Shown: positions 47,494-57,682, numbered from the stretch's first letter. The stretch: 64,000 nucleotides of DNA from Minisyncoccota bacterium (GCA_035369485.1 DAOSMC010000001.1:2283-66282); one strand, 5' to 3'. Made by a program: numbers and translations. Notes: generated by a model from the letters alone, not told the origin.

Positions 47494-47566
47494 GGAGGAA
47501 ACAAATAAATGCCGGGTATGCTCTTTAGAGCCAGCAATGATTCTAAAGAGTTCCTCCCCGGCATTT
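47494..47566 (+). promoter_or_regulatory. Nested hairpin between rpsJ and rplC that sequesters a GGAGG; candidate attenuator/terminator or r-protein autoregulatory site
   Basis: ggaggaa at 47494-47500 pairs with ttcctcc at 47551-47557. Outer stem aaatgccggg at 47507-16 pairs with cccggcattt at 47557-66. Inner stem ctctttaga/tctaaagag. Followed by a T-rich tract (tttattta). Confidence 0.4.
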
Positions 47567-47618
47567 ATTTATCTAAAATATTGATAAAAAATAATTTATT
47601 TTTAAAATATCAGACAAT

Positions 47619-48230
47619 ATGACTAAATTTATACTGGCTCAAAAAATAGGAATGACTCAAATTTATCAAGATGATAAAGCAATTCCCGTAACCGCACTGG
47701 AAGCCGGACCAGTTGTTGTTTCTCAAATTAAAAAGCAAGACAGAGATGGTTATTATGCTATTCAAGTAGGATTTGGAAAAAAAAGAAATCTATCAAAAGC
47801 AGTGAGAAATCATCTAAAAGGATTAGGAGATCTGCGCTGGTTGAAAGAATGTAAAATAACAAAAGAAGAGGCAGATGCTTTTAAACGAGGCGATAGAATC
47901 GATGTCTCTGTTTTTAAGGAAGGAGAAAAGGTGAAAATTATTGGCACGAGTAAAGCTAAGGGATTTCAGGGCGTTGTCAAAAGACACGGATTTCATGGTG
48001 GCCCCAAAAGTCATGGGCAAAAAGATCGTTTACGAGCGCCGGGATCCATTGGCGCAACTCACCCTCAACATGTATTAAAAGGGAAAAAAATGGCCGGTCG
48101 AATGGGTGGCAATCGGATAACTTTGAAAAATGTTAAGATTGTTAAAATTATACCGGAAAAAAATATTATTTGTGTAAAAGGAGCGATTCCTGGAAAAAGA
48201 GGCGAATTAGTCCAAATTTTATCAGAATAA
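47619..48230 (+). CDS. rplC: 50S ribosomal protein L3
   Basis: Conserved FKEGEKVKIIGTSKAKGFQGVVKRHGF. Confidence 0.9.
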   Translation: MTKFILAQKIGMTQIYQDDKAIPVTALEAGPVVVSQIKKQDRDGYYAIQVGFGKKRNLSKAVRNHLKGLGDLRWLKECKITKEEADAFKRGDRIDVSVFKEGEKVKIIGTSKAKGFQGVVKRHGFHGGPKSHGQKDRLRAPGSIGATHPQHVLKGKKMAGRMGGNRITLKNVKIVKIIPEKNIICVKGAIPGKRGELVQILSE

Positions 48231-48233
48231 AGT

Positions 48234-48866
48234 ATGAAGACTGATCTTTATAATCAAAAAGGAGAAGTGATAGGTCAGATTGCATTATCTGATAAAATTT
48301 TTGGAGCAAAATGGAATCCAGTTTTGGTGCATCAGGTTTTAGTTGCTATTAAAAGTAATCAGAGGAAACCCATAGCTCATGCTAAAGATCGAGGAGAGGT
48401 GAGTGGTGGCGGAAGAAAGCCTTGGCGACAAAAAGGAACAGGTCGGGCTCGTCACGGATCAATTCGCTCGCCATTATGGATTGGCGGAGGTGTTACCTTT
48501 GGGCCAACGAAAGAAAAGAATTATCAGAAAAAAATTAATAAAAAAGCCAAACAGCAAGCCTTTATTTCTGCACTGTCTAAAAAAATGACTGATGGAGAAA
48601 TAAAAGTGGTAGAAACGATTCACCTCGAACATTCCAAAACAAAAGAAATGGCAAAAATTTTATCTTCATTTTTAAATACTAAAAAAAGAAATCAGGGTCT
48701 TATTGTTTTACCGTCGAGTGACCCATCAATTATTCGAGCAACGCGTAATTTATCTTTTGCCGCTGCCACAATTGCTGATAACCTTAATTTGCCTGATATT
48801 CTTAAATATAAAAACATTATTTTTACCAAGGAAGCAATAGAAAAATTAAATGAAAAAATAAAATAA
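48234..48866 (+). CDS. rplD: 50S ribosomal protein L4
   Basis: Conserved GGGRKPWRQKGTGRAR. Confidence 0.9.
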   Translation: MKTDLYNQKGEVIGQIALSDKIFGAKWNPVLVHQVLVAIKSNQRKPIAHAKDRGEVSGGGRKPWRQKGTGRARHGSIRSPLWIGGGVTFGPTKEKNYQKKINKKAKQQAFISALSKKMTDGEIKVVETIHLEHSKTKEMAKILSSFLNTKKRNQGLIVLPSSDPSIIRATRNLSFAAATIADNLNLPDILKYKNIIFTKEAIEKLNEKIK

Positions 48867-48870
48867 ATTT

Positions 48871-49296
48871 ATGAGCATTTTTTCAAAAAAACAATCTAAA
48901 AAGGAAGAATCTGAAGATCAAGACACATTGAAGGAAGAAAAAAAATTGAAAGAAGAAAAAAAAGAGACAGAGAAGCCATCACTTAAAAAAGAAGGCAGAG
49001 GGGTTATATTTAATAAAAATATTTTATTAATAAAAGAGCCTAAAGTAACAGAAAAAAGCCAATCGATCCAAGCATATCGGCAGTATGTTTTTAATGTTGT
49101 AAGACAAGCAAATAAAAATGAAGTAAAAAAAGCGATTGAACGGATTTATAATGTTACTGTAAAAAAAGTGAGAATGATTAATATACCGGCCAAAAAAAGA
49201 AGGTCGGGTCGTTCTGTAGGTAAAAAATCAGGTTACAAAAAAGCGATTGTTACCCTCAAAGAAGGTCAGCAAATTGAGATTATGTCTCAGAAATAA
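48871..49296 (+). CDS. rplW: 50S ribosomal protein L23, with a K/E-rich N-terminal extension of about 45 aa
   Basis: An L23 core (EKSQSIQAYRQYVFNVVRQANKNEVKKAIERIYNVTV) preceded by a low-complexity KEE-rich segment. Confidence 0.8.
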   Translation: MSIFSKKQSKKEESEDQDTLKEEKKLKEEKKETEKPSLKKEGRGVIFNKNILLIKEPKVTEKSQSIQAYRQYVFNVVRQANKNEVKKAIERIYNVTVKKVRMINIPAKKRRSGRSVGKKSGYKKAIVTLKEGQQIEIMSQK

Positions 49297-49300
49297 TAAC

Positions 49301-50125
49301 ATGAAAAAGCATAAACCAACTACACCATCACGAAGACATATGACAGCTGTTGAATATAAAGAGATTGTGACGACAAGCGAGCCGTTAAAAAAATTGACGG
49401 CTCCTTTGAAACAGCAAGCTGGCCGTAATTCTTTTGGTCGAATTACAGTGAGACATAGAGGGGGAGGCAATAAACGATTGTATCGACTAGTTGATTTTAA
49501 ACAAGATAAGTTTAATATAAAAGGAACAATTAAAGAGATCGAATATGATCCTAATCGCAACACTTATATTGGTCGTGTAGCGTACGAAGATGGCGAATAT
49601 CGATATGTTCTTTTGCCTGAGGGTATGAAAACAGGAGATCAAATTATTACAACAGAATTAACATCTATTACTCCGGGTAATCGATTACCTTTAAAAAACA
49701 TTCCTGTTGGTACGAGAGTTTTTAACATTGAACTTTTGCCTAAATCTGGAGGTAAAATAGCTCGAAGCGCAGGCTCAGCGGCTGAAGTGATGGGGATAGA
49801 AGATAAATATTGCATTCTCAAAATGCCATCTGGTGAAATTAGAAGAGTACTAGCCAATTGTTATGCAACTATCGGTTTGCCGTCTAATTCAGAATATCGA
49901 ACTATTAACATTGGCAAGGCAGGAAGAACGCGGTGGTTGAGTGTACGTCCAACGGTTAGAGGAACAGCTATGAATCCTTGTGATCATCCTTATGGAGGAG
50001 GTGAGGGACGTCAACCACGTGGCACAAAAAGACCGAAGAGTGCTTGGGGTAAAGTAACCGGTGGTCATAAGACACGCAATAAAAAGAAATGGTCGAATAG
50101 TTTGATTATAAAACGAAGAAAATAA
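49301..50125 (+). CDS. rplB: 50S ribosomal protein L2
   Basis: Conserved [16 protein letters not shown] and the C-terminal [13 protein letters not shown]. The start was moved to the ATG at 49301 ([10 protein letters not shown]). Confidence 0.9.
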   Translation: MKKHKPTTPSRRHMTAVEYKEIVTTSEPLKKLTAPLKQQAGRNSFGRITVRHRGGGNKRLYRLVDFKQDKFNIKGTIKEIEYDPNRNTYIGRVAYEDGEYRYVLLPEGMKTGDQIITTELTSITPGNRLPLKNIPVGTRVFNIELLPKSGGKIARSAGSAAEVMGIEDKYCILKMPSGEIRRVLANCYATIGLPSNSEYRTINIGKAGRTRWLSVRPTVRGTAMNPCDHPYGGGEGRQPRGTKRPKSAWGKVTGGHKTRNKKKWSNSLIIKRRK

Positions 50126-50126
50126 A

Positions 50127-50432
50127 ATGAGCAGAAGTCTTAAAAAAGGACCATTTATTAATCCAAAACTACTGAAAAAAATGGCAAAAATTAAGCCTGA
50201 TTCTGGTCAGGTTATTAAAACTTGGTCTCGATCTTCTACCATTTCTCCCGAGATGATTGGTTATACGTTTGCTGTTCATAATGGGAAAGATTTCATTGAA
50301 GTGAAAGTAACAGAAGAAATGGTGGGTCATCGATTAGGTGAATTTGCGCCAACGCGGAAATTTATTAAACATGGAGGAAAAATGCAGCGAGAATTAGAAA
50401 AGAAGGCGGTCGTTAATGAACCAGCAAAATAA
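50127..50432 (+). CDS. rpsS: 30S ribosomal protein S19
   Basis: Conserved [13 protein letters not shown]. Confidence 0.9.
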   Translation: MSRSLKKGPFINPKLLKKMAKIKPDSGQVIKTWSRSSTISPEMIGYTFAVHNGKDFIEVKVTEEMVGHRLGEFAPTRKFIKHGGKMQRELEKKAVVNEPAK

Positions 50433-50441
50433 AATCTCCTT

Positions 50442-50972
50442 ATGGCTAAAGAAAACGTTGCAATTGCAAAATTGAAATATCTTCATATGGCACCAAGAAA
50501 AGTGCGCTTGGTAGCCAACAGCATTAAAGGCAAGCATGTTATAGAAGCTGAGGCTCAATTAGTATATGCTCCGCAACGAGCGGCAAAGCCCATGCTTAAA
50601 TTATTACGTTCAGCAGTGAATAATGCATCAAACAAGAAGTTAGACAAAAATAAGCTTTTTGTGGCATCGATTACAGTTGATGAAGGGCCAATGCTAAAAA
50701 GATGGTTGCCGCGGGCAATGGGAAGAGCTACGCCCATTCAGAAAAAAATGTCGCACATCACCCTTGTATTAGAAGAAAAAGGAGAATTCAATCGTTATAA
50801 AGTTCCTCAAGCAAAAATTACTAAATCAGAAAAAAAATTAACCGAAACCAAAGGAGGAGTAAAAGAAAAAGAGCACGAATTAAAGAAAAAATCTCCAACG
50901 GTCGAGGAGACAAAAAAGAAACCTCAAGAAGGATTTGCTCGCAAAATTTTTAGACGAAAAGAAATTGCTTAA
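50442..50972 (+). CDS. rplV: 50S ribosomal protein L22, with a C-terminal extension of about 60 aa
   Basis: An L22 core (about 115 aa) followed by a Lys/Glu-rich tail. Confidence 0.85.
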   Translation: MAKENVAIAKLKYLHMAPRKVRLVANSIKGKHVIEAEAQLVYAPQRAAKPMLKLLRSAVNNASNKKLDKNKLFVASITVDEGPMLKRWLPRAMGRATPIQKKMSHITLVLEEKGEFNRYKVPQAKITKSEKKLTETKGGVKEKEHELKKKSPTVEETKKKPQEGFARKIFRRKEIA

Positions 50973-50986
50973 AATAGACAAAAAAT

Positions 50987-51703
50987 ATGGGACAAAAAAT
51001 TCATCCAAAATCTTTTAGATTAGGAATTAATAAAAATTGGAGTGAACGATGGTTGGCTTCAAAGAAAACACGTCCGATTATTTTGGAAGAGGATGTTAAA
51101 ATTCGTAATTTTCTCAATAAGAAATTAAGGAATGCCTTGATTGCTGACGTTGAAATTGAACGATTAGAGAATAATATCAATCTTATTATTAAAACAGCCC
51201 GCCCTGGTGTTATTATTGGGAGAGGCGGTAAGGGAATTGAAGATTTAAAGAAGGAAGTTGAAAAAATTATTAGACGTCATCGCAAAGAAAGAAAATATCC
51301 TCTTAATTATGTTCTAAATATTTCAATTGAAGAAGTCAAAAATCCTACAGCTAACGCAGCAATTGTTGCTCAATCTATTGCTGCCTCAATTGAAAAGAGA
51401 ATGCCTTATCGACGATTAATGAAGAAAGCAATTGAAGATGCCAAGCAAAATAAAGAAGTAAAAGGAATTAAGATTAAATTAAGTGGACGTTTGAATGGTG
51501 TGGAAATTGCTCGCTCTGAGTGGTTGGATTGGGGAGCAATGCCTTTACAAACTATTCGAGCTGATATTGATTATAGTGAAGCTACTGCATTTTGTACTTA
51601 CGGCACTATTGGAATAAAGGTGTGGATTTATAAAGGAGAAATTTTTGATAAAAACAAAAACAAAGAGGGAATATCAGAAATGTCTAATAAACAAACAAAA
51701 TAA
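50987..51703 (+). CDS. rpsC: 30S ribosomal protein S3
   Basis: KH domain (GVIIGRGGKGIEDLKK) and a C-terminal domain. Confidence 0.9.
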   Translation: MGQKIHPKSFRLGINKNWSERWLASKKTRPIILEEDVKIRNFLNKKLRNALIADVEIERLENNINLIIKTARPGVIIGRGGKGIEDLKKEVEKIIRRHRKERKYPLNYVLNISIEEVKNPTANAAIVAQSIAASIEKRMPYRRLMKKAIEDAKQNKEVKGIKIKLSGRLNGVEIARSEWLDWGAMPLQTIRADIDYSEATAFCTYGTIGIKVWIYKGEIFDKNKNKEGISEMSNKQTK

Positions 51704-51705
51704 AT

Positions 51706-52119
51706 ATGTTGATGCCTAAAAAATTAAAACATCGAAAATATCAGAAAGGGCGATCTCGCAAAAGATCAATAGAAACTCGAGGAACATTTTTGACTTTTGG
51801 CTCATATGGATTGCAAGCGCTTGATAATATATGGTTAACAGCTCAACAAATTGAAGCAGGAAGAAAGGCAATTGTAGGTTATTTAAAAAAAGGAGGTAAA
51901 GTTTGGTTGCGTGTTTTTCCCGATAAGCCTATTACTAAAAAACCGCCGGAAGTAACAATGGGAGGTGGAAAGGGGGATTTGGATCATTTTGCATTTCCCG
52001 TTCGAAAAGGGCGAATTATTTATGAGATTGATGGTGTTAGTGAAGAAATTGCCACTGAAGCTTTAAGAAGGGCAGGAACTAAAATGCCCATTAAAACTAG
52101 AATCGTCAAAAAAGAATAG
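51706..52119 (+). CDS. rplP: 50S ribosomal protein L16
   Basis: Conserved [16 protein letters not shown]. Confidence 0.9.
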   Translation: MLMPKKLKHRKYQKGRSRKRSIETRGTFLTFGSYGLQALDNIWLTAQQIEAGRKAIVGYLKKGGKVWLRVFPDKPITKKPPEVTMGGGKGDLDHFAFPVRKGRIIYEIDGVSEEIATEALRRAGTKMPIKTRIVKKE

Positions 52120-52131
52120 AAACACTTTGTT

Positions 52132-52341
52132 ATGGAATTCAAAGAATTAAAAAATTTACCTAAATCGGAATTAGAAAAATTATTAGCGCAAAACAGAGAT
52201 AAAATAAAAGAATTGCGTTTTAATTTAGCTTTTGGTAAAGTGAAAGATATTAGCGAAATTAAAAAGACAAAAAAGAGTATCGCTCAAATTTTAACATTAT
52301 TAAATAGTCAAAAAAATGAATCAAAAAAATCATCCAATTAA
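52132..52341 (+). CDS. rpmC: 50S ribosomal protein L29
   Basis: 69 aa, helical, with [10 protein letters not shown]. Confidence 0.8.
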   Translation: MEFKELKNLPKSELEKLLAQNRDKIKELRFNLAFGKVKDISEIKKTKKSIAQILTLLNSQKNESKKSSN

Positions 52342-52615
52342 AAAAAGATTAGAAGGAATAGTTATTTCGGACAAGATGGATAAAACCGTTGTGGTTAAGG
52401 TAGAACGTTTTAAAAAGCATCCCTTTTATCACAAAATTATGACGGTTTCAAAACATTTTAAGGCCCATAATGAAAATAACGAAGCAAAAGAAGGCGATTA
52501 TGTAATTATTGAGGAAACGCGGCCACTTTCCAGAGAAAAAAGATGGCGCGTAGTTCAGATTGTTAAAAAAGGAAACTCAAAAAATCTAGTCGGTAGTGAT
52601 AAAATTAATGAGTAG
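52316..52615 (+). CDS. rpsQ: 30S ribosomal protein S17 (overlaps the rpmC 3' end by 26 nt)
   Basis: Conserved [31 protein letters not shown]. Confidence 0.85.
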   Translation: MNQKNHPIKKRLEGIVISDKMDKTVVVKVERFKKHPFYHKIMTVSKHFKAHNENNEAKEGDYVIIEETRPLSREKRWRVVQIVKKGNSKNLVGSDKINE

Positions 52616-52624
52616 AAATAGAAT

Positions 52625-52993
52625 ATGATTCAACCGAGAACAATGCTAAAAGTAGCGGATAATAGTGGCGCTAAAATAGTGCAATGTTTTAAAGTTTTGG
52701 GAGGAACTCGTCGGCGCTATGCTCAGATTGGTGATATAATTATTGCATCCGTTAAAATGGCTCAACCAAGAAAGAGTGTTTCCAAAAAAGACATAGTTCG
52801 TTGTTTGGTTGTTAGACAGAAAAAACCCTATCGTCGTGAAGATGGCTCATATATTCGTTTTGATGACAATGCCGTAGTTTTAATTGATAATAAAAATCAG
52901 CCGCGGGGTACAAGAATTTTTGGCCCAATCCCGAGAGAAATAAAACAAAAGGGTTTCGAAGAGGTCGCTTCACTAGCAGTAGAGATTTTGTAA
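52625..52993 (+). CDS. rplN: 50S ribosomal protein L14
   Basis: MIQPRTMLKVADNSGAK. Confidence 0.9.
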   Translation: MIQPRTMLKVADNSGAKIVQCFKVLGGTRRRYAQIGDIIIASVKMAQPRKSVSKKDIVRCLVVRQKKPYRREDGSYIRFDDNAVVLIDNKNQPRGTRIFGPIPREIKQKGFEEVASLAVEIL

Positions 52994-52995
52994 TT

Positions 52996-53319
52996 ATGAA
53001 AAAGAATAATAAAATGAAAATTAAAAAGGGAGATGAAGTGGTTGTTTTAGTCGGGAAAGATAAGGGGAAAAGAGGTAAGGTCATCGTAGTTTTACCTAAA
53101 AATAATAAAGCAATAGTGGAAGGCTTGAATTTAGTCAAAAAACACCGTCGACCAAAGCGCCAAGGCGAAAAAGGAGAGATTATTTCATTACCCCGGCCAA
53201 TAGATGTTTCTAAGTTAGCGTTATGGTGTTCTCGATGCAATCGTCAAACAAGAGTCGGTTATCGTTTTGAAGACGATAAAAAATTAAGAATTTGTAAAAG
53301 ATGTCAGCAATTGATCTAA
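52996..53319 (+). CDS. rplX: 50S ribosomal protein L24, with a C-terminal Cys4 (CxxC...CxxC) extension
   Basis: KOW motif (KIKKGDEVVVLVGKDKGKRGKV) plus CSRC...CKRC at the C-terminus. Confidence 0.85.
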   Translation: MKKNNKMKIKKGDEVVVLVGKDKGKRGKVIVVLPKNNKAIVEGLNLVKKHRRPKRQGEKGEIISLPRPIDVSKLALWCSRCNRQTRVGYRFEDDKKLRICKRCQQLI

Positions 53320-53864
53320 AAACTAAATATCAGAAAGAAGTGAGGCCAAAGTTACAGAAAGAATTTAGGTTAAAAAATGTGTATGCTGTGCCCTCTATAA
53401 AAAAGGTGGTAATTAATGTAGGAATAGGTAAAATGTTAAGTACAGCTGCTCAATCAAAAAACATCGATGATTTTCTTAAACAAATCAAACAAGATGTAAG
53501 TTTAATTGCTGGTCAATGGCCAAAAGAATCAAGGGCAAAAAAATCGGTCTCATCTTTTAAAATTAGAAAAGGAGATGTGGTGGGATTGACTGTTACTTTG
53601 CGGGGTCAGAGGATGTATGATTTTTTAGCACGATTAGTAAATATTGCGTTACCACGCACTAGAGATTTTCGGGGAATTTCTATTAAAAATTTGGACGAGC
53701 ATGGTAATTTAAATATCGGCATTGCAGAAGCTTCAATTTTTCCAGAAGTTACCAATAATGTTTTGAAACATCCTTTTGGTTTAGAGGTAACTATAGTAGT
53801 AAACGATAAAAACAAAGAAAGAGTCGTAAACATGTTAAAATCGTTAGGTTTTCCTATTAAATAA
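53301..53864 (+). CDS. rplE: 50S ribosomal protein L5
   Basis: Conserved region including [15 protein letters not shown]. Confidence 0.9.
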   Translation: MSAIDLKTKYQKEVRPKLQKEFRLKNVYAVPSIKKVVINVGIGKMLSTAAQSKNIDDFLKQIKQDVSLIAGQWPKESRAKKSVSSFKIRKGDVVGLTVTLRGQRMYDFLARLVNIALPRTRDFRGISIKNLDEHGNLNIGIAEASIFPEVTNNVLKHPFGLEVTIVVNDKNKERVVNMLKSLGFPIK

Positions 53865-53865
53865 T

Positions 53866-54051
53866 ATGGCCAAAAAATCAGTTGTTGCTAGAGCAAAAAA
53901 ACCACCAAAATATTCAACTCGGATAGTGAGGCGTTGTTTTCGTTGTGGTCGAAAAAGAGGATATCTCAGAGATTTTGGGTTATGTCGTATTTGCGTGCGT
54001 GAATTATCACGGAAAGGTGAAATTCCGGGAATGAAAAAAGCGTCTTGGTAA
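53866..54051 (+). CDS. rpsN: 30S ribosomal protein S14, type Z (zinc-binding, 61 aa)
   Basis: CFRCGR...CRIC zinc ribbon. Confidence 0.85.
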   Translation: MAKKSVVARAKKPPKYSTRIVRRCFRCGRKRGYLRDFGLCRICVRELSRKGEIPGMKKASW

Positions 54052-54067
54052 ATAAAATAAGAATATT

Positions 54068-54457
54068 ATGGATACTATCTCAGATTTTCTTAATCAAATA
54101 AAAAATGCTTTAGCGGCTAAGAAACCGTTTCTTTTAACACCCCATTCTAAAATGAAAGAAGAGATTGCAAAAATTTTATTAGAAGAACAATATATTAGCA
54201 ATTACAAGGTTAGTGGCAAGGCGCCGAAGAAAATTTTAAGAATAGACCTCAAATATAATGAAGACGGAACACCGGCCATTCGAGAAATAAAACGTATTAG
54301 CAAACCAGGTTGTCGTCGCTTTATAAAAACAAAAAATATTAAAAGAGTAAAGTCTGGCTATGGTCGTTACATTATTTCCACTCCTAATGGGTTAATGACA
54401 AATATTGAAGCTCAAAAACATCATTTGGGAGGAGAAATAATTTGTGAAATATTTTAA
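54068..54457 (+). CDS. rpsH: 30S ribosomal protein S8
   Basis: MDTISDFLNQIKNA. Confidence 0.9.
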   Translation: MDTISDFLNQIKNALAAKKPFLLTPHSKMKEEIAKILLEEQYISNYKVSGKAPKKILRIDLKYNEDGTPAIREIKRISKPGCRRFIKTKNIKRVKSGYGRYIISTPNGLMTNIEAQKHHLGGEIICEIF

Positions 54458-54461
54458 TATT

Positions 54462-55004
54462 ATGTCTAAAATAGGAAAGAAACTTATTGTAATACCAGAC
54501 AATGTAAAAATAGAAGTTTTAGAAAATGAAGTGATGATTAAAGGCCCGAAGGGAGAATTAAAAGTTCCTTTATTCCCTGATTTTAATGTAGAACTTGAAG
54601 GAAATTATTTAAAAATTATTCCTACGCGTGAGAAGAAATTTACTTCTGCATTTTGGGGAACGCTTCGATCTTTAATCGCCAATGCAGTAAAAGGTGTAAG
54701 TGAAGGGTTCGAAAAAAAATTAGAAATTGAAGGCGTTGGCTATCGAGCTAACGTTGAGGGGAATATTCTTGTTTTAAATTTGGGATTTTCTCATCCGATT
54801 CGTTTCGAAATCCCCAAGGGCATAGATATTGTGGTAGCAAAAAATTTAATTACTATTTCTGGAGCAGACAAACAATTAGTAGGTCAAACAGCTGCTAAAA
54901 TACGATCTTTTCGAAAACCCGAACCATATAAAGGCAAAGGAATTCATTATGTCGGTGAACACATTAGACGTAAAGCTGGTAAAAAAGCAACGGCTACGGC
55001 TTAA
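54462..55004 (+). CDS. rplF: 50S ribosomal protein L6
   Basis: MSKIGKKLIVIPDNVKIE. The track start is GTG, so the start was trimmed to the ATG at 54462. Confidence 0.85.
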   Translation: MSKIGKKLIVIPDNVKIEVLENEVMIKGPKGELKVPLFPDFNVELEGNYLKIIPTREKKFTSAFWGTLRSLIANAVKGVSEGFEKKLEIEGVGYRANVEGNILVLNLGFSHPIRFEIPKGIDIVVAKNLITISGADKQLVGQTAAKIRSFRKPEPYKGKGIHYVGEHIRRKAGKKATATA

Positions 55005-55025
55005 ATTTAAAATAATTCAAAAATT

Positions 55026-55379
55026 ATGAAGCAGAAAAGAACAAAAAAAGAAAAACGAATAAGACGACACAAAAAAATTCGAGCCAATATATCAGGGACA
55101 AAAACAAAACCTCGAATTAGCGTTTTTATTTCCAATAAACATATTTATGTTCAGGCGATTGATGATGAAAAAGGCGTAACTTTAACAAGCGTTTCGGATC
55201 AAGATTTAAAAAAGAAAAGCAAAAAATTAGAATTAAGCAAAGAAGTTGGATTGACATTGGCAGAAAAGTTAAAGAAATTAAATATTAAAAGTGCTGTTTT
55301 TGACCGAGGTGGTTTTCAGTTTCACGGTCGAGTTAAAAATATAGCCGATGGCTTAAAAGAAAGGGGAATTAAATGTTAA
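55026..55379 (+). CDS. rplR: 50S ribosomal protein L18
   Basis: PRISVFISNKHIYVQAIDD and FDRGGFQFHGRVKNIADGLKE. Confidence 0.9.
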   Translation: MKQKRTKKEKRIRRHKKIRANISGTKTKPRISVFISNKHIYVQAIDDEKGVTLTSVSDQDLKKKSKKLELSKEVGLTLAEKLKKLNIKSAVFDRGGFQFHGRVKNIADGLKERGIKC

Positions 55380-55383
55380 ATGT

Positions 55384-55965
55384 ATGATTAAAAATAACTC
55401 TACTATTAATAAAAAGAAAGAGAGTGTCGTAGAATTAAAAAATCAAGGTTACGAAGATAAATTACTTGATTTGCGTCGGGTAACGCGCGTTGTGGCGGGA
55501 GGGAAACGATTTAGTTTTCGAGCAACAGTGGTTGTTGGTGATCGTGCAGGAAAGGTAGGCGTTGGTGTGGCCAAAGGAAAAGATGTTAGTGAGGCACTCG
55601 CTAAAGCAAAAACCAAAGCTCAAAAAAGAATGGTTCAAGTTACCATTGTTAACGATACAATTCCGCACGAAGTAAAAGCGAAATATTGTGCAGCAGAAGT
55701 GGTTTTAAAACCTGCTCGGAAAGGTCATGGAATTGTGGCGGGTGGGGCAGTTCGGGCTGTATGCGAATTAGCAGGCATCAAAGATTTAAGTGCGAAAATA
55801 TTAAGTCGTACCCCGAATAAATTAAGTAATGCTAGGGCTACCATTAATGCTTTACAAAAAATTAAACCCAAAAGAGTTAATCAAAGTGATACATCAAAAT
55901 CACAGAATCAACAGCTGGCAAAGTCAGAAGATCAAGCGTCGGAAGTTTTAAAAACCGAAAATTAA
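55384..55965 (+). CDS. rpsE: 30S ribosomal protein S5, with a C-terminal extension of about 30 aa
   Basis: dsRBD-like and S5 C-domain (VVGDRAGKVGVGVAKGKDV). Followed directly by rplO, with no rpmD in between. Confidence 0.9.
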   Translation: MIKNNSTINKKKESVVELKNQGYEDKLLDLRRVTRVVAGGKRFSFRATVVVGDRAGKVGVGVAKGKDVSEALAKAKTKAQKRMVQVTIVNDTIPHEVKAKYCAAEVVLKPARKGHGIVAGGAVRAVCELAGIKDLSAKILSRTPNKLSNARATINALQKIKPKRVNQSDTSKSQNQQLAKSEDQASEVLKTEN

Positions 55966-55967
55966 TT

Positions 55968-56381
55968 ATGCAATTACACGAATTAAAAAAAGAATATAAA
56001 ACTAAAAAAGCAAAAAGAGTGGGACGCGGAGGTAAACGCGGAACTTATTCTGGCAGGGGTTCCAAAGGGCAAAAAGCAAGGGCAGGTGCTAAAATTAGAC
56101 CAGCAGTTTATGATCTTATTATTAAAATTCCTAAAAAGCGAGGGGTTAAACATAAATCAATAACAGAAAAACCAGTTCTGATTAATTTCGATATTCTTGA
56201 AAAACATTATCAAGAAGGAGACATAATTTCTCCTCAAACGTTATTTGAAAAGGGTTTGATTAAGAAAAGAGGAGGAGTATTGCCAAAGGTTAAAATTTTA
56301 GGCCGAGGTAATTTAACAAAAAAGTTGATTTTTAAAAAATGCCAATTTTCTCAGCAAGCGTTGGCCAAAATTAAAAAATAA
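55968..56381 (+). CDS. rplO: 50S ribosomal protein L15
   Basis: KRVGRGGKRGTYSGRGSKGQKAR. Confidence 0.9.
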   Translation: MQLHELKKEYKTKKAKRVGRGGKRGTYSGRGSKGQKARAGAKIRPAVYDLIIKIPKKRGVKHKSITEKPVLINFDILEKHYQEGDIISPQTLFEKGLIKKRGGVLPKVKILGRGNLTKKLIFKKCQFSQQALAKIKK

Positions 56382-56386
56382 TCATT

Positions 56387-57664
56387 ATGTCTATTTTGTC
56401 TAAGGTTGCACTGTTATTTAAAATTAAAGATCTCAGAAAAAAAATTTTGACCGTGATTTTTATCTTGGTGATTTTTCGATTATTTGCAACATTGCCCATT
56501 CCAGATATTGATACTGCTCGATTAAACGCCATTTTTGCTTCTAATCAACTTTTGGGTATTTTAAATATTTTTTCAGGAGGAACACTTCAGCAACTTTCTA
56601 TTATGATGTTGGGCGTTGGTCCTTATATTACTGCGACGATTATTATGCAGCTTTTGACGATGGTGATACCGCGATTAAAAGAAATTTATTATGAAGAAGG
56701 AGAAAAGGGAAGGATGAAATTTAATCAGTGGTCTCGTTATATAACAGTACCGCTTTGTATGCTTCAGGCGTATGCTTTTTTGAATTTATTAATTTCTCAA
56801 GATGTCCTTCCTCATTTATCCACCCTGAGCCTTATCAGAAACGTTTTAGTGGTTACGGCCGGCTCAATGCTTTTAATGTGGTTAGGTGAATTAATTAGCG
56901 AATACAAAGTAGGTAATGGCATCTCTTTAATTATTTTTGCTGGTATTGTTAGTGGATGGCCGGCAAGTTTGCGTTCGGCTATTTTATCTTATACTCCTTC
57001 AATGCTGCCTACCTATTTAATGTTTCTCGTTGTAGCCATCATTGTTATTTTAGGAGTTGTTTATATTAATGAAGCAGAAAGGAAAATTCCGATTGCTTAT
57101 GCCAAAAGAGTAAGGGGTAATAAAATGTATGGTGGCGTTTCTAGTTATTTGCCGTTAAAAGTTAACCAAGCCGGTGTCATTCCTATTATTTTCGCTATTT
57201 CTATTTTGCTTTTTCCTCAATTTATTGGACAAATTCTTGTTGCTATTAAAACTTCTTGGGCGGCAAGTGCAGGAAATTTTTTAATGAATATGCTTAATAA
57301 CCAGTTGGTATATTCTATTTTATATTTTTTATTAGTAGTAGTGTTTACTTATTTTTATACGATGGTAACGTTTGATCCAAAAGAAATTTCTACAAACTTA
57401 CAAAGAAATGGTGGATTTATTCCGGGTATTAGGCCGGGGCAGACTACAGCTGATTATATTAGTTTTGTTTTGCATAGAATTACTTTTGTGGGTGCGCTAT
57501 TTTTAGGCGTTATAGCTATTTTACCTAATATTTTGCAGGGAGTCACAGGGACACAATTTTTAACTATCGGCGGTACTTCAATTTTAATTGTAGTTTCGGT
57601 AGCTATCGAAACCATTAAACAGGTAGAATCTCAATTAGTGATGCGTGAATATGAAGGGTTTTAA
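56387..57664 (+). CDS. secY: Preprotein translocase subunit SecY
   Basis: 10-TM architecture with the conserved GISLIIFAGIV and ESQLVMREYEGF C-terminus. Confidence 0.9.
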   Translation: MSILSKVALLFKIKDLRKKILTVIFILVIFRLFATLPIPDIDTARLNAIFASNQLLGILNIFSGGTLQQLSIMMLGVGPYITATIIMQLLTMVIPRLKEIYYEEGEKGRMKFNQWSRYITVPLCMLQAYAFLNLLISQDVLPHLSTLSLIRNVLVVTAGSMLLMWLGELISEYKVGNGISLIIFAGIVSGWPASLRSAILSYTPSMLPTYLMFLVVAIIVILGVVYINEAERKIPIAYAKRVRGNKMYGGVSSYLPLKVNQAGVIPIIFAISILLFPQFIGQILVAIKTSWAASAGNFLMNMLNNQLVYSILYFLLVVVFTYFYTMVTFDPKEISTNLQRNGGFIPGIRPGQTTADYISFVLHRITFVGALFLGVIAILPNILQGVTGTQFLTIGGTSILIVVSVAIETIKQVESQLVMREYEGF

Positions 57665-57682
57665 TTTATATTTTTTATAAAT

